From an uncultured Verrucomicrobiae bacterium (GTDB lineage Bacteria; Verrucomicrobiota; Verrucomicrobiia; Limisphaerales; Palsa-1400): a DNA stretch of 64,000 nucleotides. Positions within the stretch are counted from its first letter, which is position 1; each line of letters begins with the position of its first letter. The notes beneath the pieces were generated by a model, which saw only the letters and a list, made by a program, of their open reading frames with translations, made no database searches and was not told the DNA's origin. Made by a program: the position numbers and the translations under genes. Of this stretch, positions 1 through 8,886 are shown piece after piece. The DNA is taken from the NCBI GenBank assembly GCA_963759415.1, contig CAVWZG010000003.1:799031-863030 (forward strand). Reading direction: 5' to 3'.

Positions 1-1
1 G

Positions 2-1039
2 CGCTCGACCGTGGCCTACGAGGCGGCCCGCGATCGCGTAGCGGCTTTTCTCAACGCCCGCGATCCGGCCGAAATCGTTTTCACGCGCGGCACAACCGAG
101 GGCATCAATCTGATCGCCCGCGCCTGGGGCGACAAAAATATCCGCCCCGGCGACACGATCCTGCTAACGGAGATGGAGCATCACAGCAACATCGTGCCCT
201 GGCAATTGCTGGCCGAACGCACCGGCGCCAAGCTTGCCTATGTGCCGATCACCGGCGACGACGGAGTGCTGGACCTGGCCGGTTTGGATAACCTCTTTGA
301 CAGCACTGTCAAGCTCTTCGCATTCACCCACGTTTCCAACACGCTCGGCACGGTCAATCCCGTGGCGGAGTTGTGCGCCCGCGCCCGCCGGCGCGGCATC
401 GTCACCCTGGTGGATGCCGCCCAAAGCGCCGGCCACCGTCCGGTCGATGTGCAGGAAATCGGCTGCGATTTTCTCGCCTTTTCCGGCCACAAAGTCTGCG
501 GCCCCACCGGCATCGGCGTGCTCTATGGCCGGCGCGAATTGCTGGAGGCCATGCCCCCGTTCCTGGGCGGCGGCGACATGATCGCGAACGTGGATTATTT
601 TCGCAGCACCTGGAAAGAACCGCCGCACAAATTCGAAGCCGGCACGCCTGATTTCGTCGGCGCCATCGGCCTGGGCGTCGCGCTCGATTACCTAACCGCC
701 ATCGGCTGCGACAACATCGCCCGGCACGACGAGGAATTGGCCGCGCGGGCGATGGAGAAACTGGCGCGTCTGCCCGGCCTCCGCCTCTTTGGCCCGCCCA
801 CCGGGCACGCGGGCGTGGTCAGTTTTTTGCTCAAAGACATTCACGCCCACGACCTCGTCACGGTGGCTGATCAGCGCGGCGTGGCCTTGCGCGGCGGGCA
901 TCATTGCAACCAGCCGTTGATGAAAAAACTCGGCGTGGAATCGACGGCGCGCGCCAGTTTTTATTTTTACAACACCGCGGCGGAAGTGGACTGCCTGTTC
1001 GACACCTTGCTCGAAATTCAGAAATTTTTTGGCGCATGA
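2..1039 (+). CDS. sufS: Cysteine desulfurase SufS (PLP-dependent), 5' end cut by window edge
   Basis: Frame is open to base 2. Motifs HHSNIVPW, FSGHKVCGPTGIGVLYG (PLP-Lys region) and RGGHHCNQPLM (catalytic Cys loop). A SufU-type scaffold gene lies downstream. Confidence 0.9.
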   Translation, partial: RSTVAYEAARDRVAAFLNARDPAEIVFTRGTTEGINLIARAWGDKNIRPGDTILLTEMEHHSNIVPWQLLAERTGAKLAYVPITGDDGVLDLAGLDNLFDSTVKLFAFTHVSNTLGTVNPVAELCARARRRGIVTLVDAAQSAGHRPVDVQEIGCDFLAFSGHKVCGPTGIGVLYGRRELLEAMPPFLGGGDMIANVDYFRSTWKEPPHKFEAGTPDFVGAIGLGVALDYLTAIGCDNIARHDEELAARAMEKLARLPGLRLFGPPTGHAGVVSFLLKDIHAHDLVTVADQRGVALRGGHHCNQPLMKKLGVESTARASFYFYNTAAEVDCLFDTLLEIQKFFGA

Positions 1040-1194
1040 CCGATTCCCTCGATTCTCAAGCCACCATGACGCGCGTGCTGGAGATGTTTCCCGGCGCGCA
1101 GCGGGCCTTGTTCCGCCGCTATCACATCGGCGGCTGCGCCAGTTGCGCGTTTCGAGCCGGGCGAAACTCTGGCCGGCCTTTGCATTCGCAATAA
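1036..1194 (+). pseudogene. DUF1858 / redox-disulfide (CxxC) domain fragment; N-terminal part of a frameshifted DUF1858-rhodanese gene
   Basis: ATG 1036 overlaps the sufS stop (ATGA). Reads MTRVLEMFPGAQRALFRRYHIGGCASC, then an out-of-frame tail. The domain continuation FEPGETLAGLCIRNNLDVSEVIRHI lies in the +1 frame. Confidence 0.55.
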
Positions 1195-1252
1195 CCTGGA
1201 TGTCTCTGAAGTCATCCGGCACATCCAGACCAGCCACCAGCAGGACGAGGAG

Positions 1253-1582
1253 TTGCAGATTTCCGCCGCCGAACTGGCCGCCTTGCGCCAGGCTGGCGCC
1301 GTCCGATTGGTGGACGTTCGCAGCCGGGAGGAATTCGAAGCCGCGCGCATCGAAGGCGCCGTGCTGCTCTCGCAGCCGGTGATGCAGGAAATTTTGGGCC
1401 ACTGGCCGCGTGAGGAAATGATCGTCCTCTACGATCATCAAGGGCGGCAAAGCCTGGATGCGGCCGCCTATTTCACGGGCCAGGGCTTCCGCAACGTCCG
1501 CTGTCTGCGTGGCGGCATCGACGCCTGGTCCCGCGAAGCTGACGCCAACATCCCGCGCTACCGATTGGAACTGTCCGCATGA
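1253..1582 (+). CDS. Rhodanese-homology domain protein (C-terminal part of the split gene); active-site Cys position reads Asp
   Basis: VRLVDVRSREEFEAARIEGAVLL ... VLYDHQGRQS ... LRGGIDAW. The frame is open back to 1070. The stop overlaps the sufU start. Confidence 0.75.
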   Translation: MQISAAELAALRQAGAVRLVDVRSREEFEAARIEGAVLLSQPVMQEILGHWPREEMIVLYDHQGRQSLDAAAYFTGQGFRNVRCLRGGIDAWSREADANIPRYRLELSA

Positions 1583-2079
1583 ACGCTACGCCGGATTATC
1601 AAAAGCGCATCGAGGAAGCCTTGCGTGATCCGAAAAACCTCGGCGAACTGGCGGGGGCCGACGCCGTTGGGACCGCCGGCAGCGCCGCCTGCGGGGACAT
1701 GATCCGTCTTTGGATCAAGTTCAAGGAAGAGTCCGGCAAAAAAGTTGTTGACCGCGCCACGTTTCAAAGTTTCGGCTGCGAGACGGCGATTGCCGTGGCC
1801 AGTTTGGCGACCGAAATGATACGCGGCAAAACGCCGGAGGAAGTGCTGGCGTTGTCGGCCGAAGAACTGGCCCCCGGCCTTGGCCCGCTACCGCCGGTGA
1901 AAATTCATTGCACGCAACTCGTGGAAAGCGCCCTGCGCTCCGCCCTCCAGCCCCAACCCGCGCCCCCTCCGCCGACCGCCCCTGTCCCGGCCCCCGCCCC
2001 CAGCCTGGTCGATAAATTCACCCAAGCCAGCCAGCCCATCGGCAAGTTAAAAGTGATTCTGCTCACGGAAGACAAATAG
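1579..2079 (+). CDS. sufU: SufU/IscU-type Fe-S cluster scaffold (NifU N-terminal-like) with Pro-rich C-terminal tail
   Basis: Three conserved Cys contexts: GSAACGDMI, SFGCETAIA and KIHCTQL. Position directly after sufS. Confidence 0.85.
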   Translation: MNATPDYQKRIEEALRDPKNLGELAGADAVGTAGSAACGDMIRLWIKFKEESGKKVVDRATFQSFGCETAIAVASLATEMIRGKTPEEVLALSAEELAPGLGPLPPVKIHCTQLVESALRSALQPQPAPPPPTAPVPAPAPSLVDKFTQASQPIGKLKVILLTEDK

Positions 2080-2133
2080 GCCAGCGAACCCCAAACACTT
2101 GCATTTCCTCAAGCCATGAGCGATTAATGCGGG

Positions 2134-2349
2134 ATGACATGGACTGTGAAAGTGGCCAACGGCGCAATCAAACTCCCGCCCGGCGTTCAATTGCCGGATG
2201 GAGCCGAGGTTCGATTGACTGTGCCCGATTCCAAGACGCAGCCTTCATTCGCTGAACGTTACGCCGCCTACATTGGCGTAGTGGGTGATCTGCCGAACGA
2301 TGTGGCGGCCAACCTGGATCATTACGTCCACGGACACCCAAAGAAATGA
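2134..2349 (+). CDS. Small antitoxin-like protein (DUF104/VapB-like)
   Basis: 71 aa. Contains NGAIKLPPGVQLPDGAEVRLTV, a swapped-hairpin-like motif. Its stop overlaps the downstream PIN gene start (ATGA). Confidence 0.6.
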   Translation: MTWTVKVANGAIKLPPGVQLPDGAEVRLTVPDSKTQPSFAERYAAYIGVVGDLPNDVAANLDHYVHGHPKK

Positions 2350-2747
2350 ACCGGGTTTTCGCGGATTCTTTCTATTTCGTGGCTTTATTGAATCGGGCTG
2401 ATCAATTTCACGGCAAAGCAACTGCAGCAGCGCAACAATTGCGCGGTGACATCCTGACGACCGAATGGGTGCTGGCAGAGGTCGCGGACGCGCTGGCTGC
2501 ATCGATCAACAGGCTCGCCGTGGCTGCCTTTATCCGCGATCTCTCCGAGGATCCGAATTTCACCATCGTGCGCGCTTCCAGTGATTGGTTTGAGCGCGGT
2601 TTGCAGATCTACGAGCAACGCCCTGACAAAGACTGGTCGTTGACGGATTGCATTTCCTTCGCCGTCATGAAAGACGAGAAACTTTCGGACGCCCTGACCG
2701 GCGATCATCATTTTGCACAGGCGGGTTTCAGGCCATTGCTGGAATGA
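2346..2747 (+). CDS. vapC: PIN-domain toxin (VapC-like)
   Basis: 133 aa. N-terminal VFADSFYFVALLN (first acidic residue), central TTEWVLAEV, C-terminal LTDCISFAVM ... ALTGDHHF. Confidence 0.8.
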   Translation: MNRVFADSFYFVALLNRADQFHGKATAAAQQLRGDILTTEWVLAEVADALAASINRLAVAAFIRDLSEDPNFTIVRASSDWFERGLQIYEQRPDKDWSLTDCISFAVMKDEKLSDALTGDHHFAQAGFRPLLE

Positions 2748-2990
2748 TTATTTTATTAGTGCGAGCACCAAGTGCTGGCTTTTAAGTTTGAGCGATTGCG
2801 CGGCGAATTCCAGGCATGCCCGCAAATCATCGCGCTCCAGATCGGGGAACTCGGCCAGCAGATCTTCAAACGTGTCGCCAGCCACGAGATATTCCAACAT
2901 GGACTCAACCGGATACCGCAAATGACGGATGGCTGGTTTGCCGTGGCAAATCTCCGGGTCAATCGTGATGCGGGTCAAAATCTCGCTCAT
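2748..2990 (-). CDS. DUF433 domain protein (antitoxin-like), no DUF5615 partner
   Basis: ITIDPEICHGKPAIRHLRYPVESMLEYLVAGDTFEDLLAEFPDLERDDLRACLEFA matches the DUF433 pattern. It resembles the second copy at 26647-26871. Confidence 0.8.
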   Translation of the reverse strand: MSEILTRITIDPEICHGKPAIRHLRYPVESMLEYLVAGDTFEDLLAEFPDLERDDLRACLEFAAQSLKLKSQHLVLALIK

Positions 2991-3114
2991 ATATTTAACC
3001 GTAACCGCACTCGGTCAAAGCGACAAGTTCTCCTTGTCTTTGCCATTGCTTTAAAAACCGGGAGAGGTTCAGAAGCGAGCGCGTTCTGACTCGGAACCAG
3101 TCAGATTTCATTCC

Positions 3115-5130
3115 TCACCACCAACCACCCACCGAGTACCCCAGCGCATCCGTGGCGGAGTCAAGGTCGCGCACGTAGGCCCGCACGGCGTCCAGCGCGA
3201 CCACGTCGCTCCAGGAACGATATTCGTAGTTGAGAAAAAGTTGATTGCCGGCTACCCGCACCGTGCGTTGGAAATAAAAGGCCGGATTATTGATCGTGAT
3301 GTTGGACGGGTCTATGGGCTGTCCCGTCACCGTGACTTCAGCGTGAAAAACCTGGTGGACCGGATACCGCACGCCCAAAGGCATCGTGCGCAGCGATACC
3401 GCCGGCTTCTCCATGGCGTCGTCCACGTTCAAGGAATAGATCCGGCAACGATACTGCCCTTGGTCCGGCAGCCGTCTCCATATCCTCTCAATGGCGTAAA
3501 ATTCCGTGGTTTCGACCCGGTTCTCTTGTTCGTCGTTGGAGTAGATCAGCGGCGCGGTGCTGCGGATCGAGGGGTAAAGGACGGCGTAGGCGTTGAGCCT
3601 CGCGCGCTCGATGTCCTCTCGCGGCGTGCTGGCAAAACGAGCGCGCAACGCGTCCGCGTCGCGCCCCGCGGCGACGGTCACGATCTTGGCCGTGGATTCG
3701 TTATCAAGCCCCCCGATATTGAGATATTCCGTCACGGTGGTGAGCGGTTGCACGGCGCATGGCGGAATGGGCGTCAATCCGGTGGCGGTCGGGCTGACCT
3801 TCAGCCCCCAGGCATAATCGGGCCAGGAACGCAACGCCAGCGAGCCCCTTTCAAAGGTTCTTGTTGAGTCCAGCCAGAAACTTTGTCCGCCGAGATTGAC
3901 CTGGACGATGGCGTGATTGAACAAGGCGGCTGAGGGGTGAAGTTCCGCCAGTTCCTGCCGCCGGCGGTTATGCACCAGCACGGGGTAGGCTTCGATTTTG
4001 AGCGCCCGCAGGATGGTGACAAGAAGAAAAGATTTGTCTTTGCAATCCCCGTAGCGGCGCGCGAAAACGACCGACGGCTCGGACGGTTCATACCCGGCCG
4101 CCCCGGCTTCCATCCCCAGATAGCGAACCTCCTCCTGCACGAAACGCAAGGCCGCCAGCACGCGGTCCGCCGGCTCCGGCAATTTCCTCCACTCATTGAT
4201 CTTGCGCGCCAACTCGGGCGAAGGCGCGTTGGTGGTCGTGAACAGGCCCAGCGCCCAACGGTTCACCTCCGACCACTTCTGGAATTCGCTCAACTGCACC
4301 CACGGATACGGGTCGTACCAGACCGGTGTCGGCGCTTCCATCCGCAAGGCCGGCGCATTGCTCACAACCCAGGTGATTTCCAGCGTGTCGGCCTTGTGGA
4401 CCGTTACCGGCTGGATGGTTGTCCGGTGGTTCTTGATGTAAAGCCGCCGCGAAGCCGGCCAAACCAGGCGCGTGACCGCCCGATCCACCGGTTGGCTGAA
4501 TTGCACCCCCACCGCGTCGAAAAATTTTCCGTCCAGGGCTGGGTTGCTTCCTTTGACCGTGTAAGCGTAATCAATGATGTCGCCCACGCGCACGTCATCG
4601 AGCACCAGGGTGGCTGTTTTCTCGGAGCTAAAAAGAAACTCCTCCGTGTCAAGCCCGGCCTGGCTGACGTGAATTTTGGCCGGATCGAGGCGGTCCAGCT
4701 TATTGGTTCCGCGCCAGACTCTGGCCCAATGAAAGGCCAGCGACTGGCAGGCCGGATCATAGTCGATCGTGATATGCGAACCGTACTGCACGCCGGACGG
4801 ACTGAGCGTCTGTCTGACTTGATGCGTGAATTCCTCGTCGCTTTGCGCGTTGATCTGCCGGTCCGACAGCATCCAGCGGTAATCCCGGGAAGGGTCCACG
4901 GCGTCATTGCCTGCGGGGCGTTTCATTGACTGCGGCACCACCCACTTGGAAGGCGGCTGCACGGCCGGCACGTCATCGGTCCCCCGGCAAATCATCCCGC
5001 CCAACGCCAGAAAGGCCGACAATGCCGCCCGGCAGCAGTCTCGATGGAAACGGCGAAACAATTTCACCGGGGACCTGGCCTTGCCTTGGCGCAACACATT
5101 CATCGGCTGTTTCTTCCTTCTTTCCAACAT
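3115..5130 (-). CDS. DUF3857 + transglutaminase-like domain protein, N-terminal signal/anchor
   Basis: Transglutaminase core YGDCKDKSFLLVTILRALKIEAYPVLV. Long N-terminal beta-rich region. The start may instead be the internal Met (MNVLRQ). Confidence 0.75.
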   Translation of the reverse strand: MLERRKKQPMNVLRQGKARSPVKLFRRFHRDCCRAALSAFLALGGMICRGTDDVPAVQPPSKWVVPQSMKRPAGNDAVDPSRDYRWMLSDRQINAQSDEEFTHQVRQTLSPSGVQYGSHITIDYDPACQSLAFHWARVWRGTNKLDRLDPAKIHVSQAGLDTEEFLFSSEKTATLVLDDVRVGDIIDYAYTVKGSNPALDGKFFDAVGVQFSQPVDRAVTRLVWPASRRLYIKNHRTTIQPVTVHKADTLEITWVVSNAPALRMEAPTPVWYDPYPWVQLSEFQKWSEVNRWALGLFTTTNAPSPELARKINEWRKLPEPADRVLAALRFVQEEVRYLGMEAGAAGYEPSEPSVVFARRYGDCKDKSFLLVTILRALKIEAYPVLVHNRRRQELAELHPSAALFNHAIVQVNLGGQSFWLDSTRTFERGSLALRSWPDYAWGLKVSPTATGLTPIPPCAVQPLTTVTEYLNIGGLDNESTAKIVTVAAGRDADALRARFASTPREDIERARLNAYAVLYPSIRSTAPLIYSNDEQENRVETTEFYAIERIWRRLPDQGQYRCRIYSLNVDDAMEKPAVSLRTMPLGVRYPVHQVFHAEVTVTGQPIDPSNITINNPAFYFQRTVRVAGNQLFLNYEYRSWSDVVALDAVRAYVRDLDSATDALGYSVGGWW

Positions 5131-5792
5131 TAGCGACTCCGCGAACCGGACACCAGCTCCTCCAGTGCGTCAAAAAGAAGTTTTCGATCTGGGAAATGCC
5201 GGCACGGGCCAGCCGGCGTCACGAGGCCGAAGCCACGGCCGTAGGCGCGCCCGTTGACCACGCAGGCGTCGGTGCGGTTCTCCGCCAACTGCTCAGTGCC
5301 GCGCGCGATGGCTTGGGCGCGGTCGGATTCCAGTTCATACTTCCAGCCCGTCAGGAACGCGGTCGGAAACCAGGCGCGCAACTCGGCAATGATCTTGGGC
5401 GTGGGCTTTAATTCGGCCAGGATGCCGCCGCCGCGCGTGGAGATTTTAGCCGCGCGGATTTCCCTCAAAACTCCATCGGCCGCGCACTCCCAAATTTTGC
5501 CAAAGGTGAAATCGCTCACCGCCGCCGCGTGAAAGACGGCCGCCGCGCCGCCGGTTCCCAACGCCTGGAGATGTTGGCGCAAGTCGGCCGTCGTGGTAAA
5601 TACTTGCACCCGTTGCGCCTTCGGTTCCAAGCGGCAGGTGGCGCCATAGCCGCGCAACAACAACACCTCGTGACCGCGTTCCACCAGGAAATTGGCCAAT
5701 CCCGTGCCGAGCGTGCCGGTGGAAAAATTCGTCAGGCGCCGGACTTCGTCCAGCTCTTCATAAGTAGGCCCCGCCGTGACAATGCACTTCAT
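5130..5792 (-). CDS. coaB: Stand-alone phosphopantothenate-cysteine ligase (CoaB / DFP C-terminal domain)
   Basis: MKCIVTAGPTYEELDEVRRLTNFSTGTLG ... FHAAAVSDF. 220 aa, with no CoaC flavoprotein domain. Confidence 0.75.
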   Translation of the reverse strand: MKCIVTAGPTYEELDEVRRLTNFSTGTLGTGLANFLVERGHEVLLLRGYGATCRLEPKAQRVQVFTTTADLRQHLQALGTGGAAAVFHAAAVSDFTFGKIWECAADGVLREIRAAKISTRGGGILAELKPTPKIIAELRAWFPTAFLTGWKYELESDRAQAIARGTEQLAENRTDACVVNGRAYGRGFGLVTPAGPCRHFPDRKLLFDALEELVSGSRSR

Positions 5793-5842
5793 CGCAGAAC
5801 GTCCATCCTAGTCAATCAGCCCCCAACTTTGAACCTCAAACT

Positions 5843-7099
5843 TCAAACCTTTTCCACCTTGATCGCCGCGGCGGTGGCGCCGCCGGCTTCCAGGTTCGGC
5901 AAAAAGCCGGTCAGCAGGCCGAGCAACGGCAGGAAGGCGCACACTTGAAAGACAAATCCAATGCTGGTCAAATCCGCCAAGTGCCCCAGTACCGCCGAGC
6001 CCAGCCCGCCCATGCCAAAGGACAGGCCAAAGAACAATCCGGCCACCAGCCCCACCTTTCCCGGCAATAATTCCTGCGCATAAACCAGGATGGCCGAAAA
6101 AGCCGACGCCAGGATCAAGCCGATCACGACCGATAGCGCCGCCGTCCAAAACAAACCGGCATGGGGCAGCAGCAACGTGAACGGCGCCACCCCCAGAATG
6201 GACGCCCAGATGACATACTTGCGTCCGAAACGGTCCCCGACCGGCCCGCCAATGAGCGTGCCCGCCGCGACGGAAAACAGGAATACAAAGAGATAGAGTT
6301 GCGCGCTTCGAACCGAGAGATGGAATTTGCCCATCAGATAGAAAGTGTAATAACTGCCCATGCTCGCCAGATAAAACAGTTTGGAAAAAACCAGCGTCAC
6401 CAGGATGGCCATGGACCATCCCACTTTCCGGGCCGAAAGCGCCGGCTGGCCGGCCACAGTCTCCGGGCGTCGGCGGGGCTGCAAGCGAAAGGTGTTCTTA
6501 CGGTACCAATGGCCTACGTTCCACAAGACGACGATGGCCAAAAAGGCGGCGAGCGAAAACCACAACACCCGCTGCTGGGCGCGTTCACCCACCACGATCA
6601 TGGCCGCCAGCAACGGCCCCAGCGAACTGCCCGTGTTGCCGCCCACTTGAAAGACCGCCTGGGCGAATCCATACCGGCTCCCCGCCGCCATGTAAGCCAG
6701 GCGCGACGCTTCGGGATGAAAAACCGACGAGCCGACTCCCACCAACGCCACCGAAATCAGCAGCAACGGGAACGTCCCCGCCGTGGACAGGAGAATCAGG
6801 CCGCCGAGGGTGAAACACATCCCGGCCGCCAGCGCGTAAGGCTGCGGTCGGCGGTCCGCGTAATGTCCCACCAGCGGTTGCAGCAAGGAAGCGGTCATTT
6901 GCCCCGTCAGCGTGATGAGGCCGATCTGGGTGAAACTGAGATGAAAGGATTCTTTAACCACCGGGTAAATCGCCGGGATAAGCGACTGGATGGTATCATT
7001 GAGCAAATGGGAAAAGCTGATGGCCAGGAGAATCGACATGACCGTCTTCTCCGCTGCATCCCTGGCTTCCGGCGCCAGCGCCACTGTCTCTGTTTGCAT
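5843..7099 (-). CDS. MFS transporter (Fsr/fosmidomycin-resistance-like)
   Basis: Twelve hydrophobic segments. LAISFSHLLNDTIQSLIPAIYPVVKESFHLSFTQIGLITL. Start is ambiguous (7132, 7099 or 7039). Confidence 0.8.
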   Translation of the reverse strand: MQTETVALAPEARDAAEKTVMSILLAISFSHLLNDTIQSLIPAIYPVVKESFHLSFTQIGLITLTGQMTASLLQPLVGHYADRRPQPYALAAGMCFTLGGLILLSTAGTFPLLLISVALVGVGSSVFHPEASRLAYMAAGSRYGFAQAVFQVGGNTGSSLGPLLAAMIVVGERAQQRVLWFSLAAFLAIVVLWNVGHWYRKNTFRLQPRRRPETVAGQPALSARKVGWSMAILVTLVFSKLFYLASMGSYYTFYLMGKFHLSVRSAQLYLFVFLFSVAAGTLIGGPVGDRFGRKYVIWASILGVAPFTLLLPHAGLFWTAALSVVIGLILASAFSAILVYAQELLPGKVGLVAGLFFGLSFGMGGLGSAVLGHLADLTSIGFVFQVCAFLPLLGLLTGFLPNLEAGGATAAAIKVEKV

Positions 7100-7161
7100 G
7101 GATTCAATGAATAGCGGCACGCTTCTGCACAAATGACGGCTCGAGTTGCGTTTTGTCGAAG

Positions 7162-7407
7162 CTACGCTGCAACGGTTTCGGGGCTTTCGCGCAACGCGAT
7201 GAGCTTTTCCGCCTTAACGGGTAGAAGAGCGTAAGCGCGCCCGTCTCGCCCCGAAAACTCGACCTCGAACGAACTGCCGTCGTAGGTCATCACGATGGCG
7301 CCAACCTGGCCGCGGCGGAGCAGCAGGGCTGCCCCCGTCAGGAGATGCCGGGTTGGGATATCCTCCAGTAAGGCAACTATGTTGTGCATGTGAATTTCAC
7401 TGTTCAT
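7162..7407 (-). CDS. DUF4926 domain protein
   Basis: 81 aa. LLRRGQVGAIVMTYDGSSFEVEFSGRDGRAYALLPVKAEKL. Lies immediately downstream of the DUF6883 gene. Confidence 0.65.
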   Translation of the reverse strand: MNSEIHMHNIVALLEDIPTRHLLTGAALLLRRGQVGAIVMTYDGSSFEVEFSGRDGRAYALLPVKAEKLIALRESPETVAA

Positions 7408-7411
7408 CAGC

Positions 7412-7750
7412 TTAAAGTATAAAGCAGGTTGTCAATCGTGGAAAGTCCTCATCTTCGCGAATGATCCATGCGCTCAGAACGATGGCCGTACCCTGCCCAG
7501 TGGTTAGTGGAAAGCGCAATTCATAAATCTCGCCGAATCCGTTGTGGCCACGATGCGTGGCATTTTCGGAGGTGGCAGCGGCTTGTTCGAGAGCTTGGCG
7601 CAACACAACGGCGTTGGCCAAGGTAATGCCCAACGCGGACTGGAAGACCCGCGCCTTGTGTTGCCCATGCCGATGAAGTGGATTAAGGAAATAGTCCTCC
7701 AGTTTGGTGCCAAGGTTCGCCCGCTCGCCATTGGGAATCTTCACGCGCAA
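7412..7750 (-). CDS. DUF6883 domain protein
   Basis: KLEDYFLNPLHRHGQHKARVFQSALGIT is the family signature. Start is taken at TTG 7750 (GTG 7744 or the long ORF start 7813 are alternatives). Confidence 0.65.
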   Translation of the reverse strand: MRVKIPNGERANLGTKLEDYFLNPLHRHGQHKARVFQSALGITLANAVVLRQALEQAAATSENATHRGHNGFGEIYELRFPLTTGQGTAIVLSAWIIREDEDFPRLTTCFIL

Positions 7751-7819
7751 TATTAAATCAGCGCTCACGGCTGAGAGCAAGGTTGCTCTGTGCGGAGTGC
7801 GAAGCCGGACCAAAAGCCC

Positions 7820-8305
7820 TTACGGCAAGCTGGCCATCAGAACATGCGTGGTGTTCTGCAAGTCGCGGTCCACTCGCGCCCATTCGTCGGTCAGCGGGGC
7901 CATGACGAAGGACGGCATGGCGGCGGGCATTTTTTCGCTCATTTCCAAAACCATGAGCGGCCCATCCAGCGATGGACTGGCCGCTGGCAAGGGGCGATGA
8001 GAGGCCGTCCAGAACCAAACCGCCGCCATTGCTGCGAAGATAGCCGAGGCCGTCAACCACGCTGACGCGGGCGCGCGCCGCGGTTGCTCCTGTCGTGCCG
8101 CGCTCCGAACGGCGCGCATAATGGAATCGTGCAGTAACGGTTCGGCCGCCGGCGGGTTCTGCAACGCCCGGCCGAGGGCTTGCGTTCGCCGGGCGAAACG
8201 TTCCAGTTCCGGGTCGGCGGCAATTTTCCGCCGCAACGATTCGGGCAAAGGTTGGCCCGCGTCCAGCGCGGCGGAAATTCTGAATTCTGCCAGCCATGAT
8301 TTCAT
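7820..8305 (-). CDS. Putative membrane-anchored anti-sigma factor
   Basis: Four-nt ATGA overlap with the upstream ECF sigma gene. One central TM segment (AWLTASAIFAAMAAVWFW). No enzymatic motifs. Confidence 0.6.
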   Translation of the reverse strand: MKSWLAEFRISAALDAGQPLPESLRRKIAADPELERFARRTQALGRALQNPPAAEPLLHDSIMRAVRSAARQEQPRRAPASAWLTASAIFAAMAAVWFWTASHRPLPAASPSLDGPLMVLEMSEKMPAAMPSFVMAPLTDEWARVDRDLQNTTHVLMASLP

Positions 8306-8886
8306 AGGTGTGCTCCTTTCGCGTTCAGGACCATGGGTTGGGGGGCGCTTTGCAACTCAGCGGCCAGCCTGCGCCGCGCCCGGAAGAGCAGCACTTTGAC
8401 ATGCGTCTGGGTCTTGCCCAGAACGCAGGCGATCTGCGCGATCTCCATGTCCTCGGCGTAACGCAGCCAGAGAGCCTGGAATTGCCCGTCTGGCAACAGC
8501 GACCGCGCACGGCCCCACAAATCCCGCGCCTCTTCCCGCCGCGCCAGCAATTCGGCCGGATCATCCCGGTCAAACTCCTCCGGCGCGGCCTCGCCAACGC
8601 CCGGAATCCGGGCGCGAAAGCAATCAATGCCCTTGCGCCGCGCGATGGCGAAAAGCCAGGCCGCAAACGAACGGCGGGGATCGAATTGCGCGATGGCTTT
8701 AAACGCCCGCACAAATGTGTCCTGCGTGATTTCGCGCGCGTCGGCGTCGTGGCCGCAAGATTGGAAGACGAAGGCGTAAATACGATTTTCGTAGCGGCGC
8801 ACCAATTCCTCAAACGCCGCCAAGTCCCCGCCCTGGCTTTGCCGGGCCAGATTCTCGTCGGACATCAACTGGATATCGGGCGCCAC
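8302..8886 (-). CDS. ECF-type RNA polymerase sigma-70 factor
   Basis: Region 2: FEELVRRYENRIYAFV ... DAREITQDTFVRAF. Region 4: MEIAQIACVLGKTQTHVKVLLFRARRRL. GTG 8886 or ATG 8865 start. Confidence 0.9.
   Translation of the reverse strand: MAPDIQLMSDENLARQSQGGDLAAFEELVRRYENRIYAFVFQSCGHDADAREITQDTFVRAFKAIAQFDPRRSFAAWLFAIARRKGIDCFRARIPGVGEAAPEEFDRDDPAELLARREEARDLWGRARSLLPDGQFQALWLRYAEDMEIAQIACVLGKTQTHVKVLLFRARRRLAAELQSAPQPMVLNAKGAHL

Noticed and set aside
1029-1382. 117-aa frame-3 ORF across the sufS/rhodanese junction
   Set aside because: It has an R/S/P-rich nonsense composition. The two other frames carry the recognisable DUF1858 and rhodanese sequences.
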